Below are positions 62,190 through 64,000 of a stretch of DNA of 64,000 bases, piece by piece. The notes under the pieces were generated by a model. The model worked only from the letters and a program-made list of their open reading frames with translations, was not told where the DNA came from and ran no database searches. The first letter of the stretch is position 1. The number at the start of each line of letters is the position of its first letter. The stretch comes from Vezdaea acicularis (Eukaryota), in NCBI GenBank assembly GCA_026025075.1, contig JAPEUI010000055.1, positions 1-64,000 of the forward strand. The letters are read 5' to 3'. The position numbers and the translations under genes are program-made.

Positions 62190-64000
62190 CTAGAATCTAT
62201 ACCGCGAGGCATAGCCTGGGATTAGCTGAGGAGCAACAGCCGACTCGGTGCCTGGCCTTGGTAACATAGGATATTCAAGTGTCCAGCCTACTGATTGAGA
62301 TACATAGTCAACGATTCTATCGCAATCCCCAAGTAGGGTGATATCGACATTAACGTGCTCCGCTGGCTGTGTATCCAATGATTAGCGTTTGAGAATAGTT
62401 TTGAGAGAAAGTCCCTGGCTCACATGACGGGATATGAGTATCTGAGGTACGCTTTTTGGCAACCTCTGCACAATTTCTGAGACAGGTTTCACTTTGAGAG
62501 AAGTGCCCATAATTATGACAAGGTCAGCTATCGGAATATCCTTTTCTAAGCGATGATGATAGTCCTCTGGTAGGTCATCTTCAAAGAATGTTATATTCGG
62601 CTACAGATGGTGACGTCTTAGCGGGTATTAAGGGGTACAGAGCATGACTGTTGGACTACAGACCTTTAGGGGGCTTGCTTCTGGAATGATATCATTTGCT
62701 TGATCATCGCTATCGCTGTTGACTCCCCACGTTCCGTCCGCATCCTCCCTAACCCGCCGCCTTTTCTTCTTTTTGACTTTGTTACTCGTGCGCGAGCTTG
62801 CATCGTGCTTTCCCCGAGCAATTAACTTGCGATGCAATGGTTGTAACTTTGGGGCTTGATTTATTCGATATAGGCACGCGGGACATCTTGGAACGCGGCC
62901 TGCCTGAATATCGTTCAAGACTTCCGAAATGCTTGCCTGGTAATCACAAGGTGGGCTGACGCTAGTGCACTTGACTGTGGCAAGCGATCCATGGCATTGG
63001 ACCAGATTATTTGGTAACAAGCCTGCATCAAGTTCAATGCCATCAATGTTTTGGGTATAATTTGTGAGGAGCTTGCCGTTGTCTTGGAGCAATCTAATGA
63101 AAGAATGAGCTGGAGAGAACGGATGACGTTTCGCTGGCAACAGAATGTCCTTAGCCGCGCTGTAGAATATTCTAAAAGCAAGGCCATTAGCGCCCCAGCT
63201 GAAATAATAGTAGATCTTTTGATATCTGTATAAAGGTAACATGACTCAGTATAAAGGAACATGATCGTTGCCCTCCAGCTTGCGCGATACATCAGAGCTT
63301 TCTTGGGAAGTCTGGGACTGCTACGCTGCTTAGAGATATGAAAACTCATGCCGAGAAGTCTATCTCATGATTCCTAGGGCTATTGATGTTGTCTGATACG
63401 ATGTCTAATACATGCATACTATCGACTTGTAAATTGACTGGGGTTCTTACTCAGGTCTCTCACTAAACGTGATAGAATGGAATAACTCCTGTGGATCACT
63501 AAGCCCATAGAATGCTAGCTTCTCTGATAATGCATCATACAATCCGTCACCTGTTGAGCGAAAATCTGGGATACCTAAGCTTGTTGAGATCTTAAAAGGT
63601 TAGTAGGCTTTCTCGCGGTTGGGCAGTAGGCACACCCCAGCACCTGTGAGAACTATGATTTTCTGCGCTTTCTTGAGTAGTAAAATGAAATCGTCGAACG
63701 TATTGTACTGGACTAATTTTGGCCGCTTCTTTAGCTCCCGATCAAGGGCTGCCTGCAGCAGAACCTTGAATTCTTCGTCTGGGCGGTCTTCGAGGAATGA
63801 CGGTGGGTTTATGACACCAAAAGCCGTCAAAAGTCTTCGAGCTGAAATACTCCCGTTCTCTACTGTGCTAGCATAGAATCTCTTAGGGCCCAAATCGTGT
63901 AATTGCTGACGGTACTTCGCAGACTCTAGAGAAGTGCAAGCATTCCTTTCTGGATCAATAAGTTGATGTTATACGATGTAGAGGAACATCCCTCACCACC
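62190..64000 (-). CDS. Sir2/Hst1-class NAD-dependent deacetylase (5' end outside the window), multi-exon
   Basis: [33 protein letters not shown], zinc-binding cysteines, [22 protein letters not shown]. Confidence 0.92.

Noticed and set aside
1..64000. tRNA or rRNA genes
   Set aside because: No convincing cloverleaf or rRNA sequence was found by eye. tRNAscan-SE and Infernal would be needed to exclude them.

Overview
Intron-containing genomic DNA from a filamentous ascomycete (Pezizomycotina). Left to right: the 5' part of the tRNA ligase TRL1; a complete but stop-riddled ~5.8 kb Helitron (TC...hairpin-CTAG termini in an AT target) carrying an antisense, spliced Cys6 zinc-cluster-like cargo gene; an omega-like GST fused to a WRKY/GCM1 (FAR1/AFT-like) zinc domain, with a 182-bp MITE upstream; NPL6/RSC7; a U1-type zinc-finger protein; stomatin-like protein; an ammonium transporter; an array of seven GCCAAG (PacC consensus) sites; the MAPKKK SskB/Ssk2; a Ser/Thr-rich membrane protein; APQ12; GPN3; SAM synthetase; beta-tubulin; ARG1; PUT2; cpcA/GCN4 with two uORFs and a long non-AUG extension; a peroxisomal alpha/beta hydrolase; a BRCT protein; an FMO; OLA1 with a likely intronic box C/D snoRNA; a PPPDE peptidase; and a partial Sir2. 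All calls come from motif recognition by eye. No searches were run, and splice boundaries are inferred from GT/AG and branch motifs.
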